Below the pieces are notes generated by a model that was not told where the DNA came from, did not search any database, and saw only the letters and a list, made by a program, of their open reading frames with translations. DNA of 37,726 nucleotides from Prasinococcaceae sp. CCMP 1430. Its lineage: Eukaryota; Plantae; Prasinodermophyta. The position numbers were made by a program, and so were the translations under genes. The DNA is taken from positions 1 through 37,726 of the forward strand of contig RQSC01000267.1 of NCBI GenBank assembly GCA_013416795.1, in the 5' to 3' direction. Shown piece after piece: positions 21,601-32,118 of this stretch (position 1 is the stretch's first letter; the number at the start of each line of letters is the position of its first letter).

Positions 21601-22346
21601 CGGCCGCCACCGCGCGCCTCGACCGCCTTGATGCCGAGGCGGCCGCCTTGGGCGTCGCAGGGACCGGCGCGGACAGTGCGACCGACAGTGCCAACATGGA
21701 AGGTGTCCCCTCTGACGATTCGTCTGACTCGCTGCTGGCTGGCCGTTTGGGCGTCGTGCGGGCCGTACAGGCCGCCGGTGCCGGCGCCGCGTCGGCCAAC
21801 GCAAAGGTCGACGCGCTCGCCGCGGAGGTGGCGCGAATGCACAGGGACTTCGTGCGCGGCTCTGCAAGCGGCAGGAAAGGTGGCCGAGGCAGCCGGGGTA
21901 GCGTCCGCGAGAGGGGCGACGCTGGCGGCGAGCTCCACAGCAACACGCTGTCGCTGCCCTCTCCGCTGTCGCTGCCCCACGCGCACGCACACGCGCTGGC
22001 AGCGGCGGGTGGCGGTGACAACACCGTGGCCATGGCCCTGGCGCGCGCGGCGTCGGGCCTCGCCCGCGTGGAGCAAAAGGTGGACGTCGTGACCGGCCGC
22101 GTGGACGCGATGGCGCAGGGCGGTGCCAACGGCGCTGGCCTAGCGGTGGGCCTCGCAGACGCTCGCGCGGCGATCGCCGCACTCGCGCGCCGTGGTGACG
22201 CGGAGGCGGCGCGCTCGGACGCGCTAGCAGAACAAATAGCGCAGCTCGAGCGGAAGGCAGCACGCTCGGACGCGCTGGAGGCACGCGTGTCGGCGCTCGA
22301 GGACGCAATCGGGGCGGCTCTCGAGGCGGCGGCTCTGGATACCTGA
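18627..22346 (+). CDS. Ala-rich low-complexity/coiled-coil protein of unknown function (1239 aa)
   Basis: Uninterrupted ORF with GCCATG start; disordered N-terminal half with three SALMRRRQQ motifs; long heptad-like A/E/R-rich C-terminal half. Confidence 0.75.
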   Translation: MSALMRRRQQEREAKRAAGMEDAAAAAKGETGVDGPGGDAKGAGGSALMRRRQQERDAKRAGAGSAGAAGGGAAPPPPAEHPTHPERPHTAQVLSTGDAPPMSGLAARRAARKAKEERDAEIKAARRAAASAPAGAADAGTLVSAEVSTEAPAAPSPLSPPVAHSKAADAPEMAGSALMRRRQQQKEAAKPSASAAEAAPAPTARSGPSGDVSTLAAQTPVQEQAASSASGLAPRFSAPSGIGKVAPLPPAVAPLGDSSNTARAPASTQGEPTTPTRPRQRVTAFGGTPSATGMEKAAITPPVDGGAEVASSLVATDESEAEAEAEPAPCEVPGPETSQAAPPATRPQASDAGLEPQSASLAVSPNVGGDGSDIDDVAGAVGSSPALTPAASPRSAGTDLTRRVEQVEATSRESRRSREALNAATAAAERRAAAAEQAAERALHAATEQSALVRQLDLWKDRSQREITDLRAKLARPMPSPGGRPPRTPDASAAKAAAAAAADAAAANAAATEAANAAREAREVAVERVRAQEAQQQQALQASSDDDRVYEAVDVLRSDVGALARRAAAAEAAAAEAAASSDALRTEARASTDQVAAAVSKAEALMESHSRRLVALEEASVAAAEATQALEERAAEAAAADDKRASPVPRSPAHAAELRRLASAVSTAEEAAQASEARSTKALEVANGAGSRTAALAPRLEAMERSCAPIGPRLDSLEAALTELAAAGADDTARSSFAQLLAPRIAQLEQRLALAEEAASQSERAVERAVVARLESSVAPERAELEAMVEQFAELRERLVASDARRRDTEADLVSEWARREAADAAAQREAQSAALTALVRGKIEVLSSEARSAAASATQAAEEAGAAREAAQRATAQADPAINTKLKEAAHAALEAAERAGQSVATSAACATEAAESAAAAQRAAEAAVGDTGVGARAASAEAAAASARAAAQERSTAMQSAASARAAAQDARLGADEAVAAARRAEERAAAATARLDRLDAEAAALGVAGTGADSATDSANMEGVPSDDSSDSLLAGRLGVVRAVQAAGAGAASANAKVDALAAEVARMHRDFVRGSASGRKGGRGSRGSVRERGDAGGELHSNTLSLPSPLSLPHAHAHALAAAGGGDNTVAMALARAASGLARVEQKVDVVTGRVDAMAQGGANGAGLAVGLADARAAIAALARRGDAEAARSDALAEQIAQLERKAARSDALEARVSALEDAIGAALEAAALDT

Positions 22347-22771
22347 GTGGCCGCCCTGCAGTTCCCAACCCGCGCGCGCTCACGGCTCGCGTGCAAGGGG
22401 CGAGTGTAGGCGCGCACACGCCCGCCATCTCCGTTCTTCTGAGAAGTTCCCACGTAACGAAATCGCAGACACTCGCGGCCCCCTTGCCCACGTGTTCGGC
22501 GCGCAGCGCTCGTGCCTGCTCGCGCGTACTCACCGATGGTGGTGGTGGGAGAGGTGTGTACATGTGGGTGGGTGGGTGGGGAGGGTGGCGACGCCCGCAC
22601 ATTCCACCTTGCGGCTGCAACATAAGTGGTTCCTTAGATAGACTAGTGTACTACTGTACATCGTACTTGCACATGCACGGCGGCCTCCGGGGCCAACGCC
22701 AGCATGCACGGTGCGGAGCGCACTCCTCGCGAGAGGCTTTCGTGCGCGTGCTCGCTCGCTCGCTCGGTCGG

Positions 22772-23311
22772 TCAGTCCTCTACGTAGGGCATGATGCACG
22801 CTCTTTCGACGACGAACTTCCCCACCTTGTACTTCTGGGCCGGATGGTGCGCGTGGTCGTATCGCCAGCCGATGACCTCGTCGCAACGCGCGCAGTGCAC
22901 GTCGCAGACCGTGTGCAGGCCGCTCATAAGCATGCGGTCCTCCCTGTTCCCAGGGCGCACGTTGTGCAGCTTGCGGCACAGAATGGCGCCCCCGCGGCGG
23001 CCGTGAAACGCCGTGCTCACCACGTCGTCGGCGTGCATTGCGAAGGTGCGGCAACCGTTGCACACGTACCCGCGCCGCCGCGCGTCGGGCAGCTCGTTGG
23101 CGCGCGCGCGGTCCGAGCCGCCCACGACTGGGCGCAGCGGGGGGGTGTCATGCAGGCACGCGCGGCCGAGGAAGGAGAGCCGCGGCGGCGTGCACGGCGC
23201 GAAGGCATCCTCAAGGGGCGCGGGAAGTGGTGGCAGCGGCCGAGCGACCGCCCCGGCTGCCGGCGGGGCCTCCTGCGCCGCCACGAGCACGGCCTGCGAG
23301 CTCGGGCGCAT
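22772..23311 (-). CDS. YPEL: Yippee-like zinc-binding protein (Yippee/Mis18/Cereblon family), 179 aa
   Basis: YVCNGC...STAFHGRRG...[19 protein letters not shown]...IGWRY...[11 protein letters not shown]. Confidence 0.92.
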   Translation of the reverse strand: MRPSSQAVLVAAQEAPPAAGAVARPLPPLPAPLEDAFAPCTPPRLSFLGRACLHDTPPLRPVVGGSDRARANELPDARRRGYVCNGCRTFAMHADDVVSTAFHGRRGGAILCRKLHNVRPGNREDRMLMSGLHTVCDVHCARCDEVIGWRYDHAHHPAQKYKVGKFVVERACIMPYVED

Positions 23312-23408
23312 CGCCGGCGCGCTTTTTTCTTTCCCACCGCGCGCGCCCGCCTGTGCGTATTCTGCCGGTCCTCGTGCGCCTCTCCGCGCGCTCGGATCGG
23401 GGGCTCAG

Positions 23409-23567
23409 GGGCCCGTGGGCACGCCGTACGAGGGCGGCTTGTTCTCTGTGGACATTCAGCTGGGCGACAGTTATCCCTTCGAACCTCCGAAGATGGTCTT
23501 CATCACGAAGGTCTGGCATCCCAACGTGTCCAGCGCCAATGGCGCGATCTGCCTCGACATCCTCAAG
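23409..23567 (+). CDS. Internal exon of a ubiquitin-conjugating E2 (UBC27/UBE2K-type); partial
   Basis: [53 protein letters not shown], bounded by a CAG acceptor and GTGCGC donor, with the active-site Cys. Flanking exons not found; the downstream intron runs into the single N at 23727. Confidence 0.8.
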
Positions 23568-23848
23568 GTGCGCAGCGCAATACAGCGCAGCACACGCCGC
23601 GTGTGTCGCGCGCGCGGCTCTGGTCAGTGCGCCAGAGCTGGCGCAAATGAGGGGCACGCTGACCCAACACCAACCGCCCATGCCTTGCGCTCGCGCCCGC
23701 GCGCGCACTCGCTGCCTCTCGCCGGANCCGGCGTGCGGCCCGCGCCGCGCGAGCGCGCGCCGCTGGTAGTAGTTTGCGCGCTCGCGACGGGCCGCCCTAC
23801 TCACTGCGAGGGCGCATCAAGAGCCCTGGCGGCGCCCGCGCGCCGGCC

Positions 23849-25621
23849 ATGGCTACGGCTGCTGCTGCAGCGAGGGACAGTGCGGCGGTGCACGCGCAAA
23901 AGGCGGCGGAGGACGCCAAGTTGCGCGGCCGCCGCCGCGCGGCCGCCGCGCGGGACAGCGCCGTTGGCAGGTCGCCGCTCGGCGCGCTGTGGCGAGTCAC
24001 GCGCGAGCTCGGGCGGGGACTGGTCGGAGCACCCTGGCGCGCCGCGGTGGAGGAGTTCAACCGGTGCCTGAGGGCCATACTGAGCTGCTCACCCCATGCC
24101 AAGCCGCTCGAGTGCGCCCCCGCGCCCCCGCGCCCTGTCGCGACGCTCTGCTGCTTATTCAGTTTCGTGATCTATTACTGGGACAGCCGACAGGGCGTGT
24201 GGGTTACAGACAAAGTCCTCAAGATGGCTCCCGCCGACAGGCAGTACTTGGAGAATATGGCAGGCGCCGTCGATGCAGATGCGCCTACTGCTGACGATGA
24301 CGACGCCCCGTCCGACCCCACCTCCAAAGAGATGGGTCCGTCGGTGGAGAACAAGCAAACAACTAGGGCCGTCGTTCCTGACGTTGCGCACCAACGCAGC
24401 GGCAAGGTCAGCAAGGCGTGCATGGTGCAGCAGATGTCGTGCTTCTCCGCGGGCTTCAAGAGCCCGCTCATGGAAAAGGTGACACGCGCGCTGGTACCCG
24501 AGCTCAGCTTCGAGCCTGCCAAGCTCTCCCGCCTCACGTCGATCAGCAACCCGCGCGTCGACACCAACGCTATCGTCGCCGTGTCCAGGCCGTTACGGCT
24601 CATCACGGTTGCTTTCAGGGGAACGTCCTCGAAGGCAAACATGCGCACGGACGTCACGTTCCTCAAGAGGGGCGTCGATGACAGCGGCGGCATCTCGGGG
24701 CCGCGCGTCCATGAGGGCTTCCACGAGGCGTACTTTGATGCCGGCATCGGGCCGGAGCTCGAGGCACTGATCGCGGAGCTGTGCGCAGAGCACCCGGGCT
24801 ACGACATCATGTTGACAGGGCATTCGCTCGGTGGCGCGCTGGCGACGGTGCTCGCGTACCGCTTAGCTTACCACGCCAATTTGCCAAAGGACAACCCGGT
24901 GTTTTGCATCACCTTCGGCGCTCCGCGCGTTGGCGACCCTTCATTTGCGGCGGCGCTCACCGAGGCGGACGTGCGCGTATACAGGTTCGTCAACAACAGG
25001 GACCTCGTGCCACGCATTCCATCTGTCAACTACCAGCACGCGGGCGTCCTGCTGTGGCTACGTCGCAAGCGAAAGCAGGCAAAGAATGAGGAGGCACCAG
25101 CGGCGACCGGTACTGAGAGCGCGAGTGGCAACGCAGGAGCTGCTGCGACACAGGTCGGGCAAGTCGACGTGTATGGGCGCGGGACTGAGGCGCCGTGCAA
25201 TCAGCAATGCCTGTGCTGCAACCTCGACGTGACGGATCACAACATATCTATTAGTGAGGTCGAGACTGAGGACGGCGAGGTGCGGTTGATGACCTGCGTG
25301 GATGCCTTCGACGCGCCGTGCGGAGGCTGGAATCCGTTGCGCTGGGGGACCGGGCCGCGTCCGAGCGCGGCCGGCGCGAGGAGCGACACGCAGCGCATGG
25401 CGGCCGCGCGTGCTGAAGCCGGTGTCGAATTCCACGGATACATGGCGGCGATCCGCGCCGTCCCAGACGAGGACTGGCCGTCCAGTGAAAACTGGGGCGG
25501 CGAGAGTTGCGCAGCGATCAAGGCCCGCGCCGCTGAAGCCAACAAGCACGACCACGACGCCGACGATGCCCCAGCGACAGAAGTCGCCCCACAGCGTGAC
25601 GGCGGGGAGGAGGATGCGTGA
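23849..25621 (+). CDS. Class 3 (fungal-type) lipase / alpha-beta hydrolase
   Basis: ITVAFRGT, VHEGF, nucleophile elbow GHSLGGALA (GHSLG at 24818-24832), TFGAPRVGD, RFVNNRDLVPRIP, YQHAG. Exact start and any N-terminal intron uncertain. Confidence 0.9.
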   Translation: MATAAAAARDSAAVHAQKAAEDAKLRGRRRAAAARDSAVGRSPLGALWRVTRELGRGLVGAPWRAAVEEFNRCLRAILSCSPHAKPLECAPAPPRPVATLCCLFSFVIYYWDSRQGVWVTDKVLKMAPADRQYLENMAGAVDADAPTADDDDAPSDPTSKEMGPSVENKQTTRAVVPDVAHQRSGKVSKACMVQQMSCFSAGFKSPLMEKVTRALVPELSFEPAKLSRLTSISNPRVDTNAIVAVSRPLRLITVAFRGTSSKANMRTDVTFLKRGVDDSGGISGPRVHEGFHEAYFDAGIGPELEALIAELCAEHPGYDIMLTGHSLGGALATVLAYRLAYHANLPKDNPVFCITFGAPRVGDPSFAAALTEADVRVYRFVNNRDLVPRIPSVNYQHAGVLLWLRRKRKQAKNEEAPAATGTESASGNAGAAATQVGQVDVYGRGTEAPCNQQCLCCNLDVTDHNISISEVETEDGEVRLMTCVDAFDAPCGGWNPLRWGTGPRPSAAGARSDTQRMAAARAEAGVEFHGYMAAIRAVPDEDWPSSENWGGESCAAIKARAAEANKHDHDADDAPATEVAPQRDGGEEDA

Positions 25622-26079
25622 CGCCTCTCTAGCTGCCAGCCACGGAGATCCTTTACGCTTCGGGTCGTTTATAAATACGCACCTTACATGCACGCGGCCT
25701 TTCCAGCTGTGGCAGCTGTTACGGGTGCAGCGAGGATGCTACTAAGGGGATCGTCACTGCGGTTCGAAAAGCGGCCATCGAGAGCACGCACGAGTGCCTT
25801 CCGGGGCTCCTCGCGCCGGCCCTCACTGGCAACGCTCATACACGGCGCGTATATGCAAGAAGGTCGCCGTACGTTGGATGGTAGATGGCTTGGAGCCTCG
25901 GACCGTGCGCTGTCACCCAGCCCACTCGCCTAGCCTGAGCTATGCAGGGCAGCAGCAGAGAGCGAATATATTCCCCCCTCCCCCCGCTCCTACCGCTGTC
26001 ATCGCCTTGGCGCTCCCCGCCCAAGCACACACGCGCAAACACACACCGCGCCTCCCCGCATCCCTTCCTGGCCCCAGAC

Positions 26080-27150
26080 TTATTTGTCCGGCTCGGTGGG
26101 CGACTCGGTGGGCGGGAAGACGGGGGTCTCGGTGGGCTCGCCGTCCTCGCCAGTTGGGGACTCGGTGGGCGGGAAGACGGGGGTCTCGGTGGGCTCGCCG
26201 TCCTCGCCAGTTGGGGACTCGGTGGGCGCGACGACGGGCGCTTCGGTGGGCTCGCCGTCCTCGCCAGTTGGGGACTCGGTGGGAGCTTCAACAGGAGCCT
26301 CGGTGGGCTCGCCGCTGGGAGACTCGGTAGGGACCACCTGGGGCGATGTCGTGACGCCCGACAAGCAGAAGTACTCGACAGAATCTGAATCCTCGCCCGC
26401 GCAGTCTGGAACGGCGAGTGAAAGCAACGGCAGAGCACCAGCGGACGGTTCGAAGGGCACAAGGCAGTGGGCACGAAGAGGCACTTGGTAGTCAGCGACA
26501 CATGCCAAGCACATCAGACCACGCCATCAAATTGCCACACACAATCTTGCAGCGACACTCAATCGCAGGGCGGGCAGGCGTGGCAAGCTGGGCGAGCAAC
26601 GCGCGGGCAGTCACGCACTGTCGCAGCAGCAGGTGTTTGTCTCCAAGCAAATGTCGTCGCAGAAGCAGAGCGGATCGAAGAAGGGCGAGTCGGGGTCACA
26701 CGCTGGGCAGTTGCCGTCACACAGCACAGCGTACGGGAACACTTCCGGGACGTCGGTGAACTCGCACGTGCCGAACGCCTGCGGGGCGGGAATGGGGCCC
26801 GGTGCAGCGGGGGCCTCTGCACGCGCGCGGTGTCGCGGGGCGCGCGAGGTTCATCAATGTCAGCGCAGCGACGACAAACGGTGGGCTGTTGAAAAGCCAA
26901 AAAAAAAGGCGCGAAAAAGGGCGCCGTTTCAAATTTTGGCAGGTCGGGGGAAGGGACAGTCGGTGGGCGGTCACACGCGCGCGCGCCGGCCGATGCGACG
27001 ACAGCACAGATCCAAGCTCGCGCTCCGACCACGCACCGGTCGGCGCGACGACGGGCGCTGCGGTGGGCGCGACGACGGGCGCTTCGGTGGGCGCGACGAC
27101 GGGCGCTTCGGTGGGCTCGCCGTCCTCGCCAGTTGGGGACTCGGTGGGCG
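26080..27150 (-). CDS. Mucin-like PT/PTE-repeat protein with a somatomedin-B-like Cys-rich module; 5' part lost in gap
   Basis: Exons 27150-27037, 26816-26619, 26483-26080 (phase-1 junctions, GTGCGT donors, GCTGAC branch sites); CFCDDICLETNTCCCD; TAA at 26082-26080. Confidence 0.7.
26102..26284. repeat. Coding minisatellite, 57-bp unit x3+ (PTESPTGEDGEPTE[T/A]PV..)
   Basis: Units start at 26102, 26159, 26216, 26273; a related copy lies at ~27040-27150. Confidence 0.95.
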
Positions 27151-27178
27151 NNNNNNNNNNNNNNNNNNNNNNNNNNNN
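27151..27178. other. Assembly gap (28 N)
   Basis: Run of N. Confidence 1.
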
Positions 27179-27212
27179 AAAAAAAAAAAACGCGAGCAGA
27201 TTCAGATCAGCC

Positions 27213-27411
27213 CATGCGATTTGATATAGACACTGACACTCAGTTGTAATAGAGTCCCGTGGTTACATCATTCCTTCGATTGGATTCGAGATGTGCGCAG
27301 GAACGCGCGCCGCGATTCCCCAAAAAAACGCCAGCCCATACGGCATGCGCTTTGATATAGCCACTGGCATGATGTACATTCCCGTGGTTAAATTATTCCT
27401 TCGATTGAATT
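27213..27411. repeat. Imperfect AT-rich direct repeat, ~125-131 bp period
   Basis: CATGCG.TTTGATATAG.CACTG at 27213 and 27344; TCCCGTGGTTA at 27255 and 27380; ATTCCTTCGATTG at 27270 and 27395. Confidence 0.8.
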
Positions 27412-29024
27412 ATAGAAGGGTGCGGGGGCGTACCAAACACGCGCAGCGATTCAAAAACAAAAATTCTGCATTGGCGCGGGCGGAGTGGCAGCGGCGCGTG
27501 TGCGCGCCACAGGGCGCGCGCGCCGTGGTTGTGGGGAGGGGGGTGTTGGCGCGGCGGTGCCCTTCGCCACCGCTCCCCGCAGAGGCTCAGGCGCACGAGA
27601 TCCTGCCCAAAGAGCTCGCGAGCGCGCGCGGCGTCGGGTTCGGGAAGGGGGTGGGAGGGGATGAGGAGTAAAGGAGGGAGACTGAGGAGAGGGGAGGCGC
27701 CCCACACATAGTCGTGGTTCACTCCATCGCTGTTGTCGCTGTTTTAATTGTGAGGGTGCGCATTTGGCCGTCGATCTCGACGCGCCCCCACGTACAAGTG
27801 CCAATCGCTCCGAGAGATTCGCCCACACCACCCTCATCCGCGACAGAGCCGCAAAGCCATGCAGCACGCGCCAGTGACTGGGCACAGGAAGTATTGATGT
27901 CACCAACCATTGAGACCACGCACGACGGGCGCTGCGCGTGCTAATGAGTGGTGCGAGCGCGCCGCCACTCATACGACATCGATGTCGTGACGACGTCTGC
28001 TTGATCAGACGGTTATCGTCGGCGCCTTCCAACGCCCGACCGACTGACTGGTAGACAGCGGGCGCGATACCCAGTGTTCGTCTGCGTCCGTTCGTATGTC
28101 CGAGCGTGTGTTCATTCGATCAATTCATCTTGACCTCTCAAAGTCGCCCGTGGGTAGAATTCAAACGGTTCCTCGCGACTTGCGAGTGCGAGCGCGCGCG
28201 CGCGAGCGAGCGCACGCGAGTGTGCGCGTGCGCGCGCGCGCGTGCGAGAGCGCGTGCGCGCGAGGGAAGGCCAGGGGCTGGCGGCCTCTACTGGTGGTGC
28301 TGTCCACGAAGCGGTGCCACTCGGTCGCCGCTCGCGCAGACTGTGCGCGTGGTCGCGCGGTTGCAGGAATGGCCGTAGGCGCGTCCGCAGGCCCGGCGGG
28401 CGCCGCAGCCGGTGGCGCGCCGCCAGGGGGCGGGGCGGGGCGGGGCGGGGCGGGGCGGGGCGGGCGCCGGCCGAGGCTGCTCGGTCTCCTCGCTGGCGCG
28501 TAAGTGTGGCGCCCTCCCCCTACACGCACTACCACCATGGTCACTCGCACCATGCATTCCCCACAAATTTTTTGCGCGCGCGAAAAAATCGCGCTCCGCG
28601 GCGCGGCACCACCACCTGCCGCATACCCGAGCAAATTCGACGCCGCCCTTCCGCGAAGACTTCGCGGAGCGCCGCTACATACCGCGGCACCGTCCGTCGC
28701 ATTCCGCACCTCGCCCGCATGCGCAGCGGCCTCACGCCGCGAGCACCTCCCACACCCCGCGGCGCGCGAAAGGCGGCCCCGCGAGAAACCGCGGAAGGCG
28801 CCCTCCCAAACGCGCGCGCCGCTCGCGCGCCGCGGCTTCCGGTGGTGGAGCAGAGGCCGCGCGGCGCGCGCGCGCAGGTGGCGCGCAGGCGGAGCGCGCG
28901 CGGCCGCGAGATCAAGAGTTTGCCGGTGGGGGCCTCGGAGGCTGTCGGGATGGCGTCAACGTTGACTTGCAGCTAACGTGCGCGCGCGGCAGTCAGGTGC
29001 ATGGAGGGCGGCGGGGCGGGCGGC

Positions 29025-29468
29025 NNNNNNNNNNNNNNNNNNNNNNNNNNNNNNNNNNNNNNNNNNNNNNNNNNNNNNNNNNNNNNNNNNNNNNNNNNNN
29101 NNNNNNNNNNNNNNNNNNNNNNNNNNNNNNNNNNNNNNNNNNNNNNNNNNNNNNNNNNNNNNNNNNNNNNNNNNNNNNNNNNNNNNNNNNNNNNNNNNNN
29201 NNNNNNNNNNNNNNNNNNNNNNNNNNNNNNNNNNNNNNNNNNNNNNNNNNNNNNNNNNNNNNNNNNNNNNNNNNNNNNNNNNNNNNNNNNNNNNNNNNNN
29301 NNNNNNNNNNNNNNNNNNNNNNNNNNNNNNNNNNNNNNNNNNNNNNNNNNNNNNNNNNNNNNNNNNNNNNNNNNNNNNNNNNNNNNNNNNNNNNNNNNNN
29401 NNNNNNNNNNNNNNNNNNNNNNNNNNNNNNNNNNNNNNNNNNNNNNNNNNNNNNNNNNNNNNNNNNNN
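29025..29468. other. Assembly gap (444 N)
   Basis: Run of N. Confidence 1.
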
Positions 29469-29484
29469 GCCGGCGCCGCTCGCA

Positions 29485-30390
29485 ATGAGCGCGCCACTCG
29501 TGGTCGCCGTCGGCGCAGGCGCCGGAGCATCCGCCGTTACCGCCGACGCGGTGCTCGCCCGTGCGCTCGACGCGCTACCCGCGCCGGCGGCGGTGGCCAT
29601 CGCAGCGGGGCGCGCGCGCGAGCTCACGAGCACACATCCGCGCGCCCAGCGGCAGGCGCAGCAGAGACTGCGCGCCCCGGGGCGGCTCACGCTGAGCGAG
29701 CCCATCACGTTGGCGGTAGGCGGAGGCGGGGGGTCGCGCACAAGCGGCGGAGTCGAGGTGAGCGCCAGCGCCGACGCGGCAGCCGCCGCCGACGCACACG
29801 CGCTCTCAGATGCGGGAGCCGACACGGGCGGAGAAGCGAGCGTGGGCGTGGGCGCGGGCACAGGCGCCGACAAAGCCGGCGGTGAGGGTATCGTTGGCAG
29901 CTCCCCGCGGACGGCAGCGCGCGCGCGCGCATCCACGCGCGCCGCGCGCGTCTCACTACAGCTGCACGAGGCCTATCCGGCAGTGGGCGAGGCGCTCGAG
30001 CGTTGGCTGGAGGCGGGGGGGCGCGGCGAGGCGGGGGAGGGGAAGTACGCGCGCTCGAGGGAGCTCGACGAGCTTCGCATTGCCCTGGTGTGCGCCGAGC
30101 GCGACTGGCGCGACGGCGGCGGCATACCGCTGCACGCCTACGAAGAAGACATCGCCGATCCTGAGGGGCGCGAGCAGGCGGCCGCAAGGCGGCTGGTCAC
30201 CCTCCAGGAGCCGCTGCGCGCGTACCTGCCCGGCGGCACGCGCGGCGATCTGGCGGACGTGCTGCTCGGCCGTGCAGCACGCGCTGGGCGAAAGGTGCCG
30301 CGGCCGCTGGCGCTCGTGCAGGACCTGCTGGGCGCCACAGTCGACCTTGGCGGCGCGCTCGCGGCGGCGATGGAGGAGGCCGGCCAGTAA
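29485..30390 (+). CDS. Hypothetical protein (may extend 5' into the gap)
   Basis: Open frame with coding-like C-terminal half (LHEAYPAVGEALERWL...LQEPLRAYLPG); TAA at 30388-30390; no family recognised. Confidence 0.55.
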   Translation: MSAPLVVAVGAGAGASAVTADAVLARALDALPAPAAVAIAAGRARELTSTHPRAQRQAQQRLRAPGRLTLSEPITLAVGGGGGSRTSGGVEVSASADAAAAADAHALSDAGADTGGEASVGVGAGTGADKAGGEGIVGSSPRTAARARASTRAARVSLQLHEAYPAVGEALERWLEAGGRGEAGEGKYARSRELDELRIALVCAERDWRDGGGIPLHAYEEDIADPEGREQAAARRLVTLQEPLRAYLPGGTRGDLADVLLGRAARAGRKVPRPLALVQDLLGATVDLGGALAAAMEEAGQ

Positions 30391-30981
30391 CTTTGCGCTT
30401 TCGTTCGCACGCCCGGGCGTCGGCGCCTTGCCCCCCCCCCCTCTCTCGCCCTCCAGCTCCTCGCCAACGTTCAGGTTACGATTTAGCTCTTTTATGGTTA
30501 GAGTTTAGGGTTCCCTTGTTGTCGCGCGCATGTCCGCCCTCGTTTTCATGTGCGGCGCGGGGGGGAGGGCTTTTCTTATGACGGTTCGATCCAAAATTCA
30601 AACTTTCCCGCATTTTCAGGTCGGTCCGCACGCGTTTCTTTCCCGCACGCGCGCATTTCGTTTGCGCCTCCGTTTTGGCGCACAAACTATTCCGAAAATT
30701 ACGTCTGAGTGGTTAAAACGAATATTTCCTGACATGATTTCACCACTGCGATTACGGTTGTTCGACGCCGCGTGCGCGCCCGCGCCACGCCGCGCGAGCG
30801 CCGTGCGCCACCCGTTTCTGATGAGGTCGCTGCCGAGCGAAGCGCGCATGCGAATTGATGGGGGGCGGGCGGCCGGGTGGGTGCGCGAGTGAGAGTGCAT
30901 GGGTGGGTGGTCGATGTGTGTGTGTGTGTGGCTGGCACAGTGCGGGGAGAGCGCGGCGCAGAGGGGAGGGTGAGGTCGACG

Positions 30982-32118
30982 ATGGCGATGGCCGCCACCG
31001 CCGCCAGGGGCGCTTCCGCGACGCTGCGGCGCTGCGCCCCGCGCGCCGCCGACGTGGCGCCGTCGCAGCGGGCGCGGCGTCGGGCGACGCCGACGCGGCG
31101 GTTGCCGCCGCCGAGGCGGCCGAGGAGGCCGCCATCGTGGTGCAGCGCCTCGAGGAGACCTCCGCGACGCTGCGCAGCAGCGGATGGATCGCCTTCTGGG
31201 CGCAGCTCGTGTGCTCCGTCGTCTCCACCGTCATCCTGCTCTTCTCGCTCGCGTTCGAAAAGGTGCGCGCGACCCTAGGCGCGCCCGACGCGGCGCGCGG
31301 GCGCGTGAGCGCAGCAGACGACCCGCGGCTGCGGGCGGCAGGGATCGCGTGGCGAAGCCTGCGTCCTCGAACCCTCGATGAGCGCATGCGCGCTGCTCCA
31401 CCCCCATCCGCCGCCGGCCGACCCCACCATGCGCGCGACGCGTGCTGCGCGCTGTGCGTTGCCCGGTCGTGCGCCGAAAAGCGGCTGACACGCCACGCGC
31501 CCCGCACGCACGCACGTACGCGTGATGGTTCACTCAACCTCACGCCCCCCCGCGCGCGCAGGTGAGCCTCCCCGGCCAGCTGGGCCTGGGTCTGACGGTT
31601 GCCGGCGTGGGCATGGCCTTCCTGTCCACCTTCGCCGCGTACAGCCTCATGCTGCTCGGCCGCGCGCTCGGCCGCGCCGCCGAGTCGGGCGGTGAGGGCG
31701 CCGCATCGAAGGGGCAGGTCGTCGGGCGCCTGGTGAAGATGTGCTACGTTAACGTGATCGGCATGGGCGCGACCGTCGCCGGTGCCGAGGCCGTCATCGG
31801 GCTGCTCGTGGGCAAGAGCCTCACCAGCGCCACCACCGCGCTCTTCCAGAACGGCATGTACAACTACCAGCCGGTGCTGCCGCTGGACATCTTCCTTGTG
31901 CAGGTAAGCCCCCCAACCCCCCTCCCTTTCCCCCACCCTCTGTCCCCTTGGCTTGCGCCCGCACTCGCGCGCGTGCTGACCGACGATCGCGCGCGCGTGG
32001 GCTCGCAACCCACCAGGCGAGCATCAACACCATCGTTGCGCACTTCGTGGGCCTCGTCTCGTCGCTGTACCTCCTGCAGAAGATCACCGCGCCCAAGCCC
32101 GTGGCCAAGGCCGCCTAG
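30982..32118 (+). CDS. TIC21: TIC21/PIC1 (DUF3611) plastid inner-envelope protein; 5' end has a frame inconsistency
   Basis: Exons ..31262, 31562-31903, 32017-32118. Motifs GWIAFWAQLVCSVVSTVILLFS, GAEAVIGLLVGKSLTS, PLDIFLVQASINTIVAHFVGL. The transit-peptide-like ATG at 30982 is in a different frame from the conserved core. Confidence 0.85.

Noticed and set aside
26102-26284. CRISPR-like array (also the 111-bp repeat at 37420-37639)
   Set aside because: Contiguous in-frame coding repeats with no unique spacers, no cas genes, eukaryotic context.
27451-28976. Several short overlapping ORFs on both strands
   Set aside because: No motifs or consistent codon bias; likely intergenic.
30818-30842. 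Hammerhead ribozyme core CTGATGAG...CGAA
   Set aside because: Stem II does not pair beyond one G-C, the motif reads GAAG rather than GAAA, and no stems I/III are evident.
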